A stretch of 64,000 nt of DNA from Candidatus Hydrogenedentota bacterium (GTDB lineage: Bacteria; Hydrogenedentota; Hydrogenedentia; Hydrogenedentales; SLHB01), in NCBI GenBank assembly GCA_045863335.1, contig BTVY01000001.1, forward strand, positions 40,571 to 104,570, in the 5' to 3' direction. A program made the position numbers and the translations under genes. Numbering within the stretch: the first letter of the stretch is position 1; every line of letters starts with the position of its first letter. Shown piece after piece: positions 19,318 through 30,494 of the stretch. The notes beneath the pieces were generated by a model. It saw nothing but the letters and a program-made list of their open reading frames with translations. It did no database searches and was not told where the DNA came from.

Positions 19318-20769
19318 ATGGCTGAAATGGACATCGGACTTATCGGGCTCGCCGTTATGGGCGAAAACCTTGTTTTGAATATGGAGAGCAAGGGCTTCTC
19401 CGTGGCGGTCTACAACCGCACCGTCGAGAAGGTCGACAACTTCATCAACGGCCGCGGCAAGGGCAAGAACTTCAAAGGCTGCCACAGCATCGAAGAACTT
19501 TGCGCCAACCTCAAGCGTCCGCGCAAGGTCATGATGCTCGTCAAGGCCGGCAAACCGGTTGACGATTTCATCGAGCAACTAATCCCGCACCTGGAAAAGG
19601 GCGACATCATCATCGACGGCGGCAACAGCCACTTCCCGGACACGATCCGTCGCGCCGAGTATTGCGAAAGCAAAGGCCTGCTCTACATCGGCACGGGCGT
19701 GTCCGGCGGCGAGGAGGGCGCGCTGAAGGGACCGTCCATCATGCCCGGCGGCTCGCCAGAGGCGTGGGAACATGTGAAGCCCATCTTCCAGGGCATCTCG
19801 GCGAAGACGGACGACGGCATTCCGTGCTGCGACTGGGTCGGCGAAGGCGGCGCGGGCCACTTCGTGAAGATGGTCCACAACGGCATCGAATACGGCGACA
19901 TGCAGATGATCTGCGAGACGTACCAGCTCATGAAGCAGGGTCTCGGCATGTCGAACGAAGAAATGCACCAGGTATTCGCCGAATGGAACAAGGGCGAACT
20001 CGATTCGTACCTCATTGAAATCACCCGCGATATCCTCGGTTACAAAGACGAAGACGGCAACGAGGTCGTCGACCTGATTCTCGATCGCGCCGGCCAGAAA
20101 GGCACGGGCAAGTGGACCGTCGTGGCGGCCCTCGACGCAGGGCAGCCTTTGACCCTCATCGGCGAAGCGGTCTTTGCGCGCTGCCTGTCCGCGATCAAGG
20201 ACGAACGAGTCGAGGCTTCGAAGCAGTTGGAAGGCCAGGTGGCTTCCTTCAGCGGCGACAAGAAGGCGTTCGTTGACGATCTCCGCAATGCCCTCTATGC
20301 TTCCAAGATCGTCAGCTATGCGCAAGGCTACCAGCTCATGCGCGCCGCGGCCGAAGAATACGGCTGGAACCTCAATTACGGCGGCATCGCCCTCATGTGG
20401 CGCGGCGGCTGCATCATCCGTTCCGTCTTCCTGGGCAAGATCAAAGAAGCCTTCGACGACAATCCGGAACTCGTCAACCTGTTGCTCGACCCCTTCTTCA
20501 AGGACGCCGTCTCGCAAGCCCAGGCGTCGTGGCGGCGCGTCGTGTCCACCGCGGTCAACATGGGAATCCCCGCGCCCGCCATCGGCTCCGCGTTGGCGTA
20601 CTTCGACGGTTACCGTTGCGAGCGCCTTCCGGCCAACTTGCTGCAGGCGCAGCGCGACTACTTCGGTGCCCATACCTACGAACGCATCGACAAGCCGCGG
20701 GGCGAGTTCTTCCACACCAACTGGACCGGTCGTGGCGGGAGCACCTCCGCCTCGACCTACGTCGTGTAG
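19318..20769 (+). CDS. gnd: 6-phosphogluconate dehydrogenase, NADP-dependent decarboxylating
   Basis: [44 protein letters not shown]; GAGGAG RBS. Confidence 0.97.
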   Translation: MAEMDIGLIGLAVMGENLVLNMESKGFSVAVYNRTVEKVDNFINGRGKGKNFKGCHSIEELCANLKRPRKVMMLVKAGKPVDDFIEQLIPHLEKGDIIIDGGNSHFPDTIRRAEYCESKGLLYIGTGVSGGEEGALKGPSIMPGGSPEAWEHVKPIFQGISAKTDDGIPCCDWVGEGGAGHFVKMVHNGIEYGDMQMICETYQLMKQGLGMSNEEMHQVFAEWNKGELDSYLIEITRDILGYKDEDGNEVVDLILDRAGQKGTGKWTVVAALDAGQPLTLIGEAVFARCLSAIKDERVEASKQLEGQVASFSGDKKAFVDDLRNALYASKIVSYAQGYQLMRAAAEEYGWNLNYGGIALMWRGGCIIRSVFLGKIKEAFDDNPELVNLLLDPFFKDAVSQAQASWRRVVSTAVNMGIPAPAIGSALAYFDGYRCERLPANLLQAQRDYFGAHTYERIDKPRGEFFHTNWTGRGGSTSASTYVV

Positions 20770-20803
20770 CCTGAGCAATTCGAAGGAGGCGCGTACAGAG
20801 CCC

Positions 20804-21712
20804 ATGGAAGGTTCGATTCAGGAATACGCCAAGATTGGCATCGTACACTTCATGGCCTATCCCGCCTGTGGGGGCGGCGACGGGCCGGTTCGGGAATCGG
20901 TCGAAGCACTGGCGAAAGATCCCCTGTTCGAAGTGATTGAGGTTACGCGGATCAATGATGCCGCGCTGCGGAAGCAGGTCCGGTCCATCGCGGAAGGAAA
21001 CGGCGTAGAACTGTGTTTCGGGGCGCAGCCCATCTTGCTGGGCGGGAGTCTGGACCTCAACCATCCGGAGAACGACGAGCGGATCAAGGCGATCGAGGCG
21101 GTAAAGAACGGCATCGATCAGGCGCAGGAACTCGGCGCCAAAGGCGTGGCCGTCCTAAGCGGCAAAGTCAGCGCCGACAAGAATGCGGCCATGGCCCGTC
21201 TTGTCGATTCCCTTCGCCAACTCGGCAATTACGCTGGCGACAAGGGCCTGCCCCTCGTGCTCGAAACCTTTGACCAGGTCCCGTACGGGAAGAACTGTTT
21301 GATCGGATCGACCACGGACGCGGTCACTGTGTCGGAAGAAGTCCGGAAGGATTGTCCGAACTTCGGCATTATGCTGGACCTGAGTCATCTGCCGTTACAG
21401 GAAGAACGCGCGCAGGACGCCATCCCGGCCGCCGGCGACCATCTCGTTCACGCGCACATGGGCAATTGCGCGATGGACGATCCGGACCATCCCGCATACG
21501 GCGACAATCATCCGCGTTTCGGAGCGCCCGGAACGCGAAACGATGTGCCGGAACTCGCCGAGTACTTGAGAGTTCTGTTGGATACCGGCTATCTGGACAA
21601 GCAGAACCGCCGCGTGCTTAGTTTCGAGGTCAAACCCATGGCCGGCGAAGCATCCGAAGAGATCGTGGAAGAATCGAAGCGGAAGCTCGACGAGGCCTGG
21701 AAACGAGTCTAA
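20804..21712 (+). CDS. Sugar phosphate isomerase/epimerase (xylose-isomerase-like TIM barrel)
   Basis: AAGGAGG RBS; LETFD, DLSH, HAHMGN, GDNHP, FEVKP metal-ligand pattern. Confidence 0.75.
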   Translation: MEGSIQEYAKIGIVHFMAYPACGGGDGPVRESVEALAKDPLFEVIEVTRINDAALRKQVRSIAEGNGVELCFGAQPILLGGSLDLNHPENDERIKAIEAVKNGIDQAQELGAKGVAVLSGKVSADKNAAMARLVDSLRQLGNYAGDKGLPLVLETFDQVPYGKNCLIGSTTDAVTVSEEVRKDCPNFGIMLDLSHLPLQEERAQDAIPAAGDHLVHAHMGNCAMDDPDHPAYGDNHPRFGAPGTRNDVPELAEYLRVLLDTGYLDKQNRRVLSFEVKPMAGEASEEIVEESKRKLDEAWKRV

Positions 21713-21827
21713 TCGCAACCGCGCCCGCGAGCCGCTCTGGACCGCGGGCGCGTCCATTTCGCTAACCGCAAGGATTGCCGCCGGCCTCGCACGGTTTCCG
21801 GCGAACACGAAAACAATGGAGGCTCCC

Positions 21828-22808
21828 ATGGCCAGGATCTTTGTTGCACGCCGCATTCCCGACGCTGGATTGAACCTGCTTTACGACGCGTTTGGCAAAG
21901 AGAACGTCGCCATTTATCCGGAAGATCGGGTCATCCCGCGGGATGCCCTCCTAAGCGGTGTCAAAGGTATGGACGCCATCCTTCCCATCCTGACGGACCG
22001 CATCGACGGAGAGGTCATGGCCGCCGCAGGGCCGCGATTGAAGATCATCGCCAACTTCGCGGTCGGCTACAACAATATCGACGTGGATGCCGCCACCCAA
22101 CGGAAGATCCCCGTGACCAACACGCCCGGCGTCCTCACGGAAACCACCGCCGACCTCACGTGGACCCTGATGCTGGCGGTCGCACGGCGCGCCGGGGAGT
22201 CGGAGCGCATCCTCCGCGCCGGAAAATGGACCGGCTGGGGCCCCATGCAGTTGATGGGGTCTGATGTCTACGGCAAGACGCTCGGCATCTTCGGCTACGG
22301 CCGCATCGGCCAAGCCGTGGCACGGCGCGCCCTCGCGTTCGACATGAAGGTTATTTACGCGAGCCGGCGCCCCGTGGACTCAGGCCTGGATCATAAGACC
22401 CACCCTCGTGCCGTGGATAAGAAGACCTTGCTCGCAGAGTCCGACTTTGTGAGCATCCACTGCCCCCTTCTCCCCGAAACCACCCACGCATTCGGCGCCG
22501 CCGAGTTCGATGCTATGAAGAACACCGCCTATCTCATCAATACGTCGCGCGGCCCGGTCGTAGACGAAGCGGCCTTGGTAGACGCTTTGAAAGGCGGCAA
22601 AATCGCCGGCGCTGGACTGGACGTCTACGAGGAAGAACCCAAGATCCATCCGGGCTTGTTCGAGTGCGAAAACGCGGTGCTTCTACCCCACCTCGGCAGC
22701 GCTACGCAGGAAACGCGCGGCAAGATGGCCCACATTGCCGCCACCAACATCGTCGCGCGCCTGAATGGCGAACAACCACCCAATTGCGTGAATCCGCAAG
22801 TGCTGTGA
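21828..22808 (+). CDS. D-2-hydroxyacid dehydrogenase (glyoxylate/hydroxypyruvate/2-ketogluconate reductase family)
   Basis: VGYNNID, TNTPGVLTETTAD, GYGRIG, NTSRGPVVDE, LDVYEEEP, PHLGSA. Confidence 0.9.
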   Translation: MARIFVARRIPDAGLNLLYDAFGKENVAIYPEDRVIPRDALLSGVKGMDAILPILTDRIDGEVMAAAGPRLKIIANFAVGYNNIDVDAATQRKIPVTNTPGVLTETTADLTWTLMLAVARRAGESERILRAGKWTGWGPMQLMGSDVYGKTLGIFGYGRIGQAVARRALAFDMKVIYASRRPVDSGLDHKTHPRAVDKKTLLAESDFVSIHCPLLPETTHAFGAAEFDAMKNTAYLINTSRGPVVDEAALVDALKGGKIAGAGLDVYEEEPKIHPGLFECENAVLLPHLGSATQETRGKMAHIAATNIVARLNGEQPPNCVNPQVL

Positions 22809-22945
22809 GTAGCGCTGGCGCTGTCGCAGTTCCTGTGCGCGCATGGGCTGGCAGTAGTTAGACGGAACGGAATCCTGACCGCAGGGATTAACGTATTGTG
22901 GGACAAATCTGACGGATACTCGGGCCAGATCGGAGGGCTATTCCA

Positions 22946-23518
22946 ATGCGACTTCAGAGCCTGCTCATTGCCGTACTACTGCTTTCCGCAAGCTGTATCC
23001 CCTTATCGCTGCACCCCTTGTACACGGACGAGGACCTCGTTTATGACCCGGGACTCGAGGGCGCGTGGGGCGAAGAGGGCGAGCAGTGGATATTCGAAAA
23101 GGCGGACGAGAAGGAGTACAAACTCACCATCAAGGATAATGACGAGTCCTTCATCTTCTCCGCGCACCTGGTCCAATTGAAGGAATACCGATTCCTCGAC
23201 ATGCAAGCCAGCGAAGTGGCAGGACTTTCCGATTTCTTCGGTGGGTTCTTGGTCCCGGCCCATGGGATCTTTCAGATCGAGCGCGAGGGCGACACGTTCC
23301 GGCTCCGGACGATGGACTACGAATGGCTGGAGGATCGGCTTGAGAAAGGCCGGCTCTGGGTTGCCCACGAGGAACTCGACGACTGGTTTGTGTTCACGGC
23401 CGACACCAAACGCATGCAACGGTTTTTCTTGAAATGGGTCGACCATGAAGATGCCTATGGCGGGTGGGAAGAAACCAATCGCCTTTCGGCCACGGGAGAC
23501 GCTCCCGCGCAGTCTTAG
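22946..23518 (+). CDS. Hypothetical lipoprotein
   Basis: Signal peptide ending in a lipobox, LSAS-C; SLHPLYT, LEGAW. Confidence 0.65.
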   Translation: MRLQSLLIAVLLLSASCIPLSLHPLYTDEDLVYDPGLEGAWGEEGEQWIFEKADEKEYKLTIKDNDESFIFSAHLVQLKEYRFLDMQASEVAGLSDFFGGFLVPAHGIFQIEREGDTFRLRTMDYEWLEDRLEKGRLWVAHEELDDWFVFTADTKRMQRFFLKWVDHEDAYGGWEETNRLSATGDAPAQS

Positions 23519-23596
23519 CCGCCGGTTCGCCGTCTCCTTCCTGTCTGCGCTATAATTGCGCCTCACGGCACGAGGTCAGCAAGGAAGGGAGTTCTC

Positions 23597-24247
23597 ATGA
23601 TTTACGTGGGGCGTATCGTTTGTGTTGGGGCAACGGATGATGGGCGGCTATACGCCGGGTATCGGGTGTCGAGCCGATCCTTTCCCAATCGCCATGCTGT
23701 CGCAAAAGAGGACTCCGTCAGCATCATCCCAAAACCGGGTCACGAATCAGACGTCGAGAAAAACCCCTACATCGCGTACAACTGCGTGCGCATCGTCTGC
23801 GAAGGGGCCGTGGCCGTCGTCACCAATGGCAGCCAGACGGATCCCATCGCGGAGAAGATTGCGGCGGGCATGTCACCACGCGAAGCGCTCGTCTTGTCGC
23901 TCCTCGCATTGGATTACGAACACGACGACTACAATACACCGCGTATCTGCGCCGTCGTGGACAAGGGCACCGAATCGGCCTGGCTCGGCATCGTGCGCGA
24001 AGACGGGCTGAACGTGGCGCGAGTTGCGCTGGAGCCGGGCCATTTCCGCTACGTCACTACCTACGAAGAGAATGACCTGGATCCCGATCAAGGCGGAACG
24101 TTTTCCGTTTCCAACGCGGAGAACGCCTGCGAATTCATGCTGGGCGGCGGTGTATTCGCTGCCCGCACCAACCCAATCACGGCCGTTGCCGTCGTGGCCG
24201 CGCCGGAAGGATTCGACATGGCCGTGAAGGACGCCATTACCGCGTGA
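23597..24247 (+). CDS. purO: Archaeal-type IMP cyclohydrolase
   Basis: YVGR, YRVSSRSFPNR, NPYIAYNC, NGSQTD, DYEHDDYNTPRI; same operon as purB. Confidence 0.85.
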   Translation: MIYVGRIVCVGATDDGRLYAGYRVSSRSFPNRHAVAKEDSVSIIPKPGHESDVEKNPYIAYNCVRIVCEGAVAVVTNGSQTDPIAEKIAAGMSPREALVLSLLALDYEHDDYNTPRICAVVDKGTESAWLGIVREDGLNVARVALEPGHFRYVTTYEENDLDPDQGGTFSVSNAENACEFMLGGGVFAARTNPITAVAVVAAPEGFDMAVKDAITA

Positions 24248-25797
24248 TGTCGCATGATTTTCTGAGAAATCTGGAACATCTCGTTCGCGCGCGGTACTCG
24301 CTCGTGTACCTCGTCACCTGGGAGGAGGACCGGGCGCGCAGGCTGCTCATCAATCTCGCGGAGAGCCTCAAGAAGTCGATCTACGAGTGGAGCATCACCG
24401 ATGGCATGCGAAGTATGGACGGGGCCAGCCAGGCCAGCCCCGACCGCCGTCAAACGCGGGAACCGCTGGCCGTATTGAACGAGATTCTCCAGTCCGACGG
24501 TTCCGCCATCTACGTGCTCAAAGATTTCCACGCCTACCTGGAGGCACCAGAGATTGTGCGCCAGGTGCGGGACTTGGCCGTTGCCTTGCGCCGCACGAAG
24601 AAGACCATCGTCATTCTCTCGCCCATCTTGAAACTCCCTGCGGAACTCGAGAAATCCGTCACCATCCTCGATCTTCCGCTGCCCTCGTACGGCGATCTCA
24701 GCGCCTTGCTGGACCACACAATCGCAAGCGCAGGGTCGTCGCGGCGATTTGAAGTCCGGCTGTCGCCCGACGAACGCGACCGGCTTATCAAGGCGGCCCA
24801 GGGCCTCACGATGACGGAAGCGGAGAACGCCTTCGCCCACGCCATCGTGCTGGACAAAGTCCTCGATGCGAGCGACATTCAGGCCATCGCCGCTGAGAAA
24901 CGGCAGGTGATTCGCAAGTCGGGCGTGCTGGAGTTCTATGATGTGTCCTCCGGCCTCGCGGGCGTGGGCGGCATGGACATCCTCAAGGACTGGCTCGGCA
25001 AACGCGTGCGCGCCTTCACTGACGAAGCCAGGCGATACGGCTTGCCGCAGCCCAAAGGCATCCTCCTCATGGGCGTACAGGGTTGCGGGAAAAGTCTCGT
25101 GGCAAAGACCATTGCCGCGTCGTGGAACCTCCCGCTCATTCGAATGGACATGAGCCGCATTTTCGAAGGGTATATCGGCAGTTCCGAACAGAACATGCGC
25201 AAGGCCGTGCAGGTCGCGGAGAGCGTGGCGCCGGTCGTGCTCTGGATCGACGAGATCGAAAAAGCCTTCAGCGGCGTCGGCGGTTCCGGCAGCTCCGATT
25301 CCGGCACCACAGCGCGCGTCGTGGGCACGTTTCTAACCTGGATCCAGGAGAAGACCGCCCCTGTATTCGTGGTTGCCACGGCGAACGACGTGAAGGAACT
25401 TCCGCCCGAATTGCTTCGCAAAGGCCGGCTCGACGAAATCTTCTTCGTAGACCTGCCGCGCCCGCGGGAGCGCGGCGATATCTTCGCGATTCACCTGCGT
25501 CGCGTCGGGCGCGATCCGGGCAAGTTCGATCTCGAGTCGCTGGCGGTTGCGTCCGAAGGCTTCAGCGGAGCGGAAATCGAGCAGGCGATTATCTCCGCCA
25601 TGCACGACAGTTTCTTCGCGAACCGGGAAGTGCAATCGAGCGACATCCTGCAAGCCATCAAAGAAACCGTTCCACTGGCAACGACCATGCGGGAACGGAT
25701 TCAGGAGTTGCGCGATTGGTCCAGGGATCGTGCGCGGCCGGTCTCGTCACTACAGCAGCTTGACAGTCTTGGGAAACCGGCACATGGATCGGTTTGA
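24247..25797 (+). CDS. Ycf46-like AAA+ ATPase
   Basis: TWEEDR, LKDFH, Walker A GVQGCGKS, Walker [28 protein letters not shown]. Confidence 0.9.
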   Translation: MSHDFLRNLEHLVRARYSLVYLVTWEEDRARRLLINLAESLKKSIYEWSITDGMRSMDGASQASPDRRQTREPLAVLNEILQSDGSAIYVLKDFHAYLEAPEIVRQVRDLAVALRRTKKTIVILSPILKLPAELEKSVTILDLPLPSYGDLSALLDHTIASAGSSRRFEVRLSPDERDRLIKAAQGLTMTEAENAFAHAIVLDKVLDASDIQAIAAEKRQVIRKSGVLEFYDVSSGLAGVGGMDILKDWLGKRVRAFTDEARRYGLPQPKGILLMGVQGCGKSLVAKTIAASWNLPLIRMDMSRIFEGYIGSSEQNMRKAVQVAESVAPVVLWIDEIEKAFSGVGGSGSSDSGTTARVVGTFLTWIQEKTAPVFVVATANDVKELPPELLRKGRLDEIFFVDLPRPRERGDIFAIHLRRVGRDPGKFDLESLAVASEGFSGAEIEQAIISAMHDSFFANREVQSSDILQAIKETVPLATTMRERIQELRDWSRDRARPVSSLQQLDSLGKPAHGSV

Positions 25798-26638
25798 TTG
25801 GCTGGAACTCGACAGTACGGTCGGCGTTGACGCGAAGGGCAAGCGCGAAGAGAAGGCAGCCCCTGCACCGCGCATTCGTCCTCACGATGCGACATCCTTC
25901 TATCGCGCTGCTAAGGAAATGCGGGCGTCCGGCCACTTCAAAGCGGCCACGGATTTCTACCGCAAAGCCGTGGGATTCGACGACCGGCACTATGCCGCTC
26001 GCGTTGAGCTAATCGATACGCTAATCCGCGCAGGCCGTCTGGCCGAAGCGGAGCAGGCGGCGAACGATGCCCACGAAAACTACCGAATGGTCCGGTCGTT
26101 CTACGCCTCGCGGGCGCTCGTGCTCGCCCACCAAGGCCGTTTCAACGAGGCGATGCCTTGTTCCGACGTCAGCATGGAAGGCGAAGTCCGGTCCTGGTAC
26201 TCGCGGTGCGTTCGGGGTGAAATTCTCTTGCGCATGGACTCGGCGTTTCGGTTCGATGCGCTAGAGCTTTTCTCGGAGGCCACTACGCTGACGTTTTACC
26301 CTTGGGAACCGCAGTTCCTTGCGGGGTGGGCATTGATGGACGCGAAGCTGTATGCTTTGGCGGCGGCTCATCTGGCCGAAGCAGCGCACCTAAACCCGCG
26401 CATCCCGCTCTGTTGGTTGTGCCTGGGCGACTGCTTCCGGGAACTGAAGTTTTTTGAGCAAGCCATCTTCTATTACCAGCGGGTGATGGAACTCGAGCCG
26501 ACGAACGAACTCGCCATCGAGCGGCAGCGCCGGTGCAGCACCTTGAGCTATGGGCTGATGCGACTGTTCCGTCGGGAGGATCTTCACCGCCGCTGGCGTC
26601 AGGCATTCGACAAGAACATGGGGATTGAGAAGGAGTGA
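25784..26638 (+). CDS. Tetratricopeptide repeat protein
   Basis: Start MDRFDWLE overlapping the ATPase stop; TPR patterns such as [23 protein letters not shown]. Confidence 0.8.
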   Translation: MDRFDWLELDSTVGVDAKGKREEKAAPAPRIRPHDATSFYRAAKEMRASGHFKAATDFYRKAVGFDDRHYAARVELIDTLIRAGRLAEAEQAANDAHENYRMVRSFYASRALVLAHQGRFNEAMPCSDVSMEGEVRSWYSRCVRGEILLRMDSAFRFDALELFSEATTLTFYPWEPQFLAGWALMDAKLYALAAAHLAEAAHLNPRIPLCWLCLGDCFRELKFFEQAIFYYQRVMELEPTNELAIERQRRCSTLSYGLMRLFRREDLHRRWRQAFDKNMGIEKE

Positions 26639-26640
26639 AC

Positions 26641-28071
26641 ATGACCACCGAGTACGTGTCGCCGTTCGTCGAACGGTTTGCGACCAGGGAAATGGCGCAG
26701 CTTTGGAGCGCCCAGAAGAAGTTTTCCACGTGGCGCCGCTGCTGGATTGCGCTCGCGGAGGCGGAACAGGAACTGGGGCTACCCATCACCAACGAGCAGC
26801 TCGCGGAAATGCGCGCGCATGTGGACGACATCGACTTCGAAGCTGCGGCGAAGTTTGAGCGGGAATTGCGTCACGACGTCATGGCCCACGTGCATACCTA
26901 TGGACTCGTTGCGCCGAAGGCCAAGCCCATCATCCATCTCGGCGCGACAAGCTGTTTTGTGGGCGACAACACCGACCTCATCCTGCTGCGCGAAGCGCTT
27001 GAGATCATCCTGACCAAGGCAGTGAACGTGCTCGACAAGTTGCGGGTATTCGCGGAGCGATGGAAGGATCTGCCGACACTCGGCTACACCCACTATCAGC
27101 CCGCGCAGGTTGTCACGGTAGGCAAACGGGCCTGTCTTTGGGCGCAAGACATCCTGTTCGACATCGAAGATCTCGAACGCGCGCGCGACCGCCTTCGCTG
27201 CCGCGGCGTCAAAGGCACGACCGGCACCCAGGCTTCCTTCCTCGCCCTCTTCGACGGCGATCACGGCAAAGTGCTGGCGCTCGAGGCGCGCGTCTCGGAG
27301 AAGCTCGGATTTGACCGCGCCTACGCCGTGACCGGCCAGACCTACCCGCGCAAGGTTGACACCCAAGTGCTGCAAGTGCTCGCCAGTATCGGTGAATCGG
27401 TACACAAGTTCGCGACTGATATGCGGCTCTTGCAGAATTTGAAGGAGATCGAGGAACCTTTCGAGTCCAAGCAGATCGGCAGTTCCGCCATGGCCTACAA
27501 GCGCAACCCCATGCGTTGTGAGCGCGCCTGCTCCCTCGCGCGCTACCTCATGGTCGCGCCGTTGCACAGCGAGTTCACGACGGCGACGCAGTGGTTCGAG
27601 CGCACCCTAGACGACAGCGCGATCCGCCGCATCAGTTTGCCGGAGGCCTTTCTGGCAGCGGATGCGATTCTAAACCTATACCTGAATGTAATGGAGAATC
27701 CCGCCGTCTATCCCAAGGTTATTGAACGTCATCTGCGCGCGGAACTGCCCTTCATGGCCACCGAGAACATCCTCATGGCATGCGTGAAACGCGGCGGTGA
27801 CCGGCAGGAGTTGCACGAAGTCATCCGCACGCATTCCCAGGCCGCCGCGCAACGCGTCAAAATGGAAGGCGCCGACAACGATCTGCTGGAACGCCTGGCC
27901 CGCGATCCCGCCATTGGCATGACCGAAACCGAGATCGAAGCCGTGCTCGACATGCGACAGTTCGTAGGCCGTGCTCCCGAGCAGGTGGTCGAGTTCATCG
28001 CTAACGAAGTTCAGCCGGTCCTTTCGCGCCACGCAGACCGCATCGGCGGTCAATCGGACGTGCGCGTGTAA
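26641..28071 (+). CDS. purB: Adenylosuccinate lyase
   Basis: [44 protein letters not shown]. Confidence 0.95.
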   Translation: MTTEYVSPFVERFATREMAQLWSAQKKFSTWRRCWIALAEAEQELGLPITNEQLAEMRAHVDDIDFEAAAKFERELRHDVMAHVHTYGLVAPKAKPIIHLGATSCFVGDNTDLILLREALEIILTKAVNVLDKLRVFAERWKDLPTLGYTHYQPAQVVTVGKRACLWAQDILFDIEDLERARDRLRCRGVKGTTGTQASFLALFDGDHGKVLALEARVSEKLGFDRAYAVTGQTYPRKVDTQVLQVLASIGESVHKFATDMRLLQNLKEIEEPFESKQIGSSAMAYKRNPMRCERACSLARYLMVAPLHSEFTTATQWFERTLDDSAIRRISLPEAFLAADAILNLYLNVMENPAVYPKVIERHLRAELPFMATENILMACVKRGGDRQELHEVIRTHSQAAAQRVKMEGADNDLLERLARDPAIGMTETEIEAVLDMRQFVGRAPEQVVEFIANEVQPVLSRHADRIGGQSDVRV

Positions 28072-28072
28072 G

Positions 28073-29047
28073 ATGGACGGACCGAAGAAGGTCGCTGTCA
28101 TCGTCAACCCGCGATCCGCAAACGGACGGACAGGAAAGGCGTGGCCCGCCTTGGAACATCGTTTCCGAGAGGTCTTGCCCCAGTTTGACGTACTGAAGAC
28201 AGACCGGCCCTGGCACGCGGCGGAGCTTACCCGGCAGGCGCTTCGCTCCGGTTGCGACCGGATCGTCAGCGTTGGCGGAGACGGCACGCACCACGAAGTC
28301 CTGAACGGGTTTTTCGATGGCTATCTCCCCATCAATCCCGCGGCGAGTTTGGCGATCTTTCCGCACGGCACCGGTTCGGATCTCGCACGCACCCTTGGCG
28401 TTCTAAACGCGGCCAACGCCCTCAGTCTGCTCAATGGAAGTTATTCGATGAAGGTCGATGTGGGCCGCGTGACGTTTACCTTGCCGGGGGGCGCCGCGCA
28501 GGAGGTGCGGTACTTCATCAATGTCGCCGATTTCGGAATGGGAGGCTCGGTCGTCGAATGCGTTAACCGGGGCACAAAGCGCTTGGGGCCGTTCCTGACG
28601 TTTCTCACGGCCTTACTGCGTACCCTCGCGACCTATCGAAACCCGCTCATCAAACTTCAGATCGACGGGGAACTCCTCGAGCAACGCACCGTAAACGTCA
28701 TCATCGCGAACGGTAAGTACTATGGGGGCGGCATTCACGTGGCACGGGAGGCGCGAATGGACAGCGGCTCCTTTGAAGTGTACGTTCTGGGCGATATCGG
28801 GTTCTGGAAGGCGGTGTTTAATCTTCCGAAATTCTATACCGGAACTTACATCGATCGCACGGACCTCGTCCGGCGTTACACCGCACACCGGGTGGTGGCC
28901 CACTCAGACGAACGTGTCCTGCTCAACCTCGACGGCGAACAGCCGGGCCAACTCCCGGCCGCGGTGGAAGTATTGCCATCCGCGCTTCGATTGGTCGTTC
29001 CCGGTTCGCCTGAACCCACGCGCGCGACGCCTAACCGGAGTGTTTAG
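28073..29047 (+). CDS. Diacylglycerol/lipid kinase family protein
   Basis: IVNPRS, GGDGT, GTGSD, NG.YYGGG, LDGE. Confidence 0.9.
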   Translation: MDGPKKVAVIVNPRSANGRTGKAWPALEHRFREVLPQFDVLKTDRPWHAAELTRQALRSGCDRIVSVGGDGTHHEVLNGFFDGYLPINPAASLAIFPHGTGSDLARTLGVLNAANALSLLNGSYSMKVDVGRVTFTLPGGAAQEVRYFINVADFGMGGSVVECVNRGTKRLGPFLTFLTALLRTLATYRNPLIKLQIDGELLEQRTVNVIIANGKYYGGGIHVAREARMDSGSFEVYVLGDIGFWKAVFNLPKFYTGTYIDRTDLVRRYTAHRVVAHSDERVLLNLDGEQPGQLPAAVEVLPSALRLVVPGSPEPTRATPNRSV

Positions 29048-30494
29048 CGATCACTTCGCCGTCCGGCCCGATCGCCAGATCGGCATCAAGTTTCAAATTG
29101 AGATTCCGCGCGCGCTCCACGAACTCCTGCTGCGAAAAGGCAAATTGCGGACTGATCTCAATCTGAATCGCAACGTTGCCGTCAGCATCGCGCGAAACTG
29201 CGTAGCCGGCCGCTTCCAGCCAGCGCGCCCACAGTTCGGCCTGAGACTCCCGCGCCGCCTCCACGCTGTTCGCGCCGCTGAACTGCTTGATCGGCGTGTA
29301 TTCGCCCGCGCGGTCGATCTCCAATGCGATGGGTTCGTGGCCGGTAAACCGCAAGGCGTCGAACACAAAGGTCTCGAACTTGTATCCGTTCGGCTTCTCC
29401 GGCTCCACGCGCTCCCCGGACTCGTTGATGTACGGGATCTTCTTGTGCGCCCGATGCCAGGGAAACGATTCGAACCGGCTAAACACGTCCTCGATGAATC
29501 CTACTGAAATCATGTGAATGGCCGGGTTGCCCGCGTAGTAGACCGGATGACCTTCGGCATCGGTCTCAAGGAGCTGCGGATAAATATCCAGTTCCGAATA
29601 CTCGATGGTCCGGTATTCGCCGTCGCACAGGCAGTGAACGCCGACCGACTCGCGCACCTCCGTCTTCCGGTGAATCTTTGACGACATCTGCCCCTTGCCG
29701 AGGATGTGATACCCGATGAAATATGGGTCGGCAACCTTTAGCGCCCAATTGTCCACCTGAAAGTAGCTCAACGTGTCCACGCCGCGCTGTTTTGCGTCGT
29801 CCGCCATGCCGTTCTCCACGACAGCGGGAATGACGCCGCCGTGCCCATTCGGGTTCATCGCGAGGTTTCCAGGTTCATCCAGCATGAACTTCCCGCGATC
29901 GTCCACGCAGGGCACCATACGCTGCGTAAAGAAATAGACATCCGTTTCGCGCAATCCGAAGAACTCGTTCTCCTTGAAGAACGCCCGGGTTTCCTCGCGA
30001 TTGGTGTCGCTCACCATGATGTACCACGGCAACACGCAGCCGTATTTGCGTTGGGCATGGAGGATTTTATCCGCGTGATACGCAAACAACGAACGGCCCG
30101 TAATGGGCCCCACCGGGTACGCCCCTTTGGGGCCGTCGTAGCCGAGGCGCGTGCCTTGACCGCCGGCCACCAGCAACATGCCCACACGGCCGCTGCGCAA
30201 CGCCGCTTCGCCGGCATCCCACGCCTCCTGCGCATCCTTACGGGCGGCATCTGCCACTGGAATCGTGGGAACCGGGTCGATTCGGTCGAACACTTCCGGA
30301 GGCGGATCCTTCCTCACCCATGTATTCACCAGGCGTTCCATTAAGGGCAGGTCGATCGCGGCGATCTGGCCGGCGAAGTTTTCGCGCGCGTCGCCGGACA
30401 GGTCATCCCAGTGACGCAGCACATGTTCTTGATCGTAAGCAGCGAGTCGTTCCCGCAGCGCATCCACAGATGGGGTCATCAATCCTTGCTCCAT
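29031..30494 (-). CDS. UDPGP type 1 family nucleotidyltransferase (UDP-GlcNAc pyrophosphorylase-like)
   Basis: AGGQGTRLG..GPKG, PNGHGG, QVDN, EYSE, KFETFVFD. Confidence 0.9.
   Translation of the reverse strand: MEQGLMTPSVDALRERLAAYDQEHVLRHWDDLSGDARENFAGQIAAIDLPLMERLVNTWVRKDPPPEVFDRIDPVPTIPVADAARKDAQEAWDAGEAALRSGRVGMLLVAGGQGTRLGYDGPKGAYPVGPITGRSLFAYHADKILHAQRKYGCVLPWYIMVSDTNREETRAFFKENEFFGLRETDVYFFTQRMVPCVDDRGKFMLDEPGNLAMNPNGHGGVIPAVVENGMADDAKQRGVDTLSYFQVDNWALKVADPYFIGYHILGKGQMSSKIHRKTEVRESVGVHCLCDGEYRTIEYSELDIYPQLLETDAEGHPVYYAGNPAIHMISVGFIEDVFSRFESFPWHRAHKKIPYINESGERVEPEKPNGYKFETFVFDALRFTGHEPIALEIDRAGEYTPIKQFSGANSVEAARESQAELWARWLEAAGYAVSRDADGNVAIQIEISPQFAFSQQEFVERARNLNLKLDADLAIGPDGEVIAKHSG

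Noticed and set aside
20174-20803. N-terminal extension of the 512-aa ORF overlapping gnd (similarly 25547, 27971, 15488, 47996, 13961 starts)
   Set aside because: The extensions overlap upstream genes or repeats and are low-complexity; downstream ATG starts fit the protein families better.
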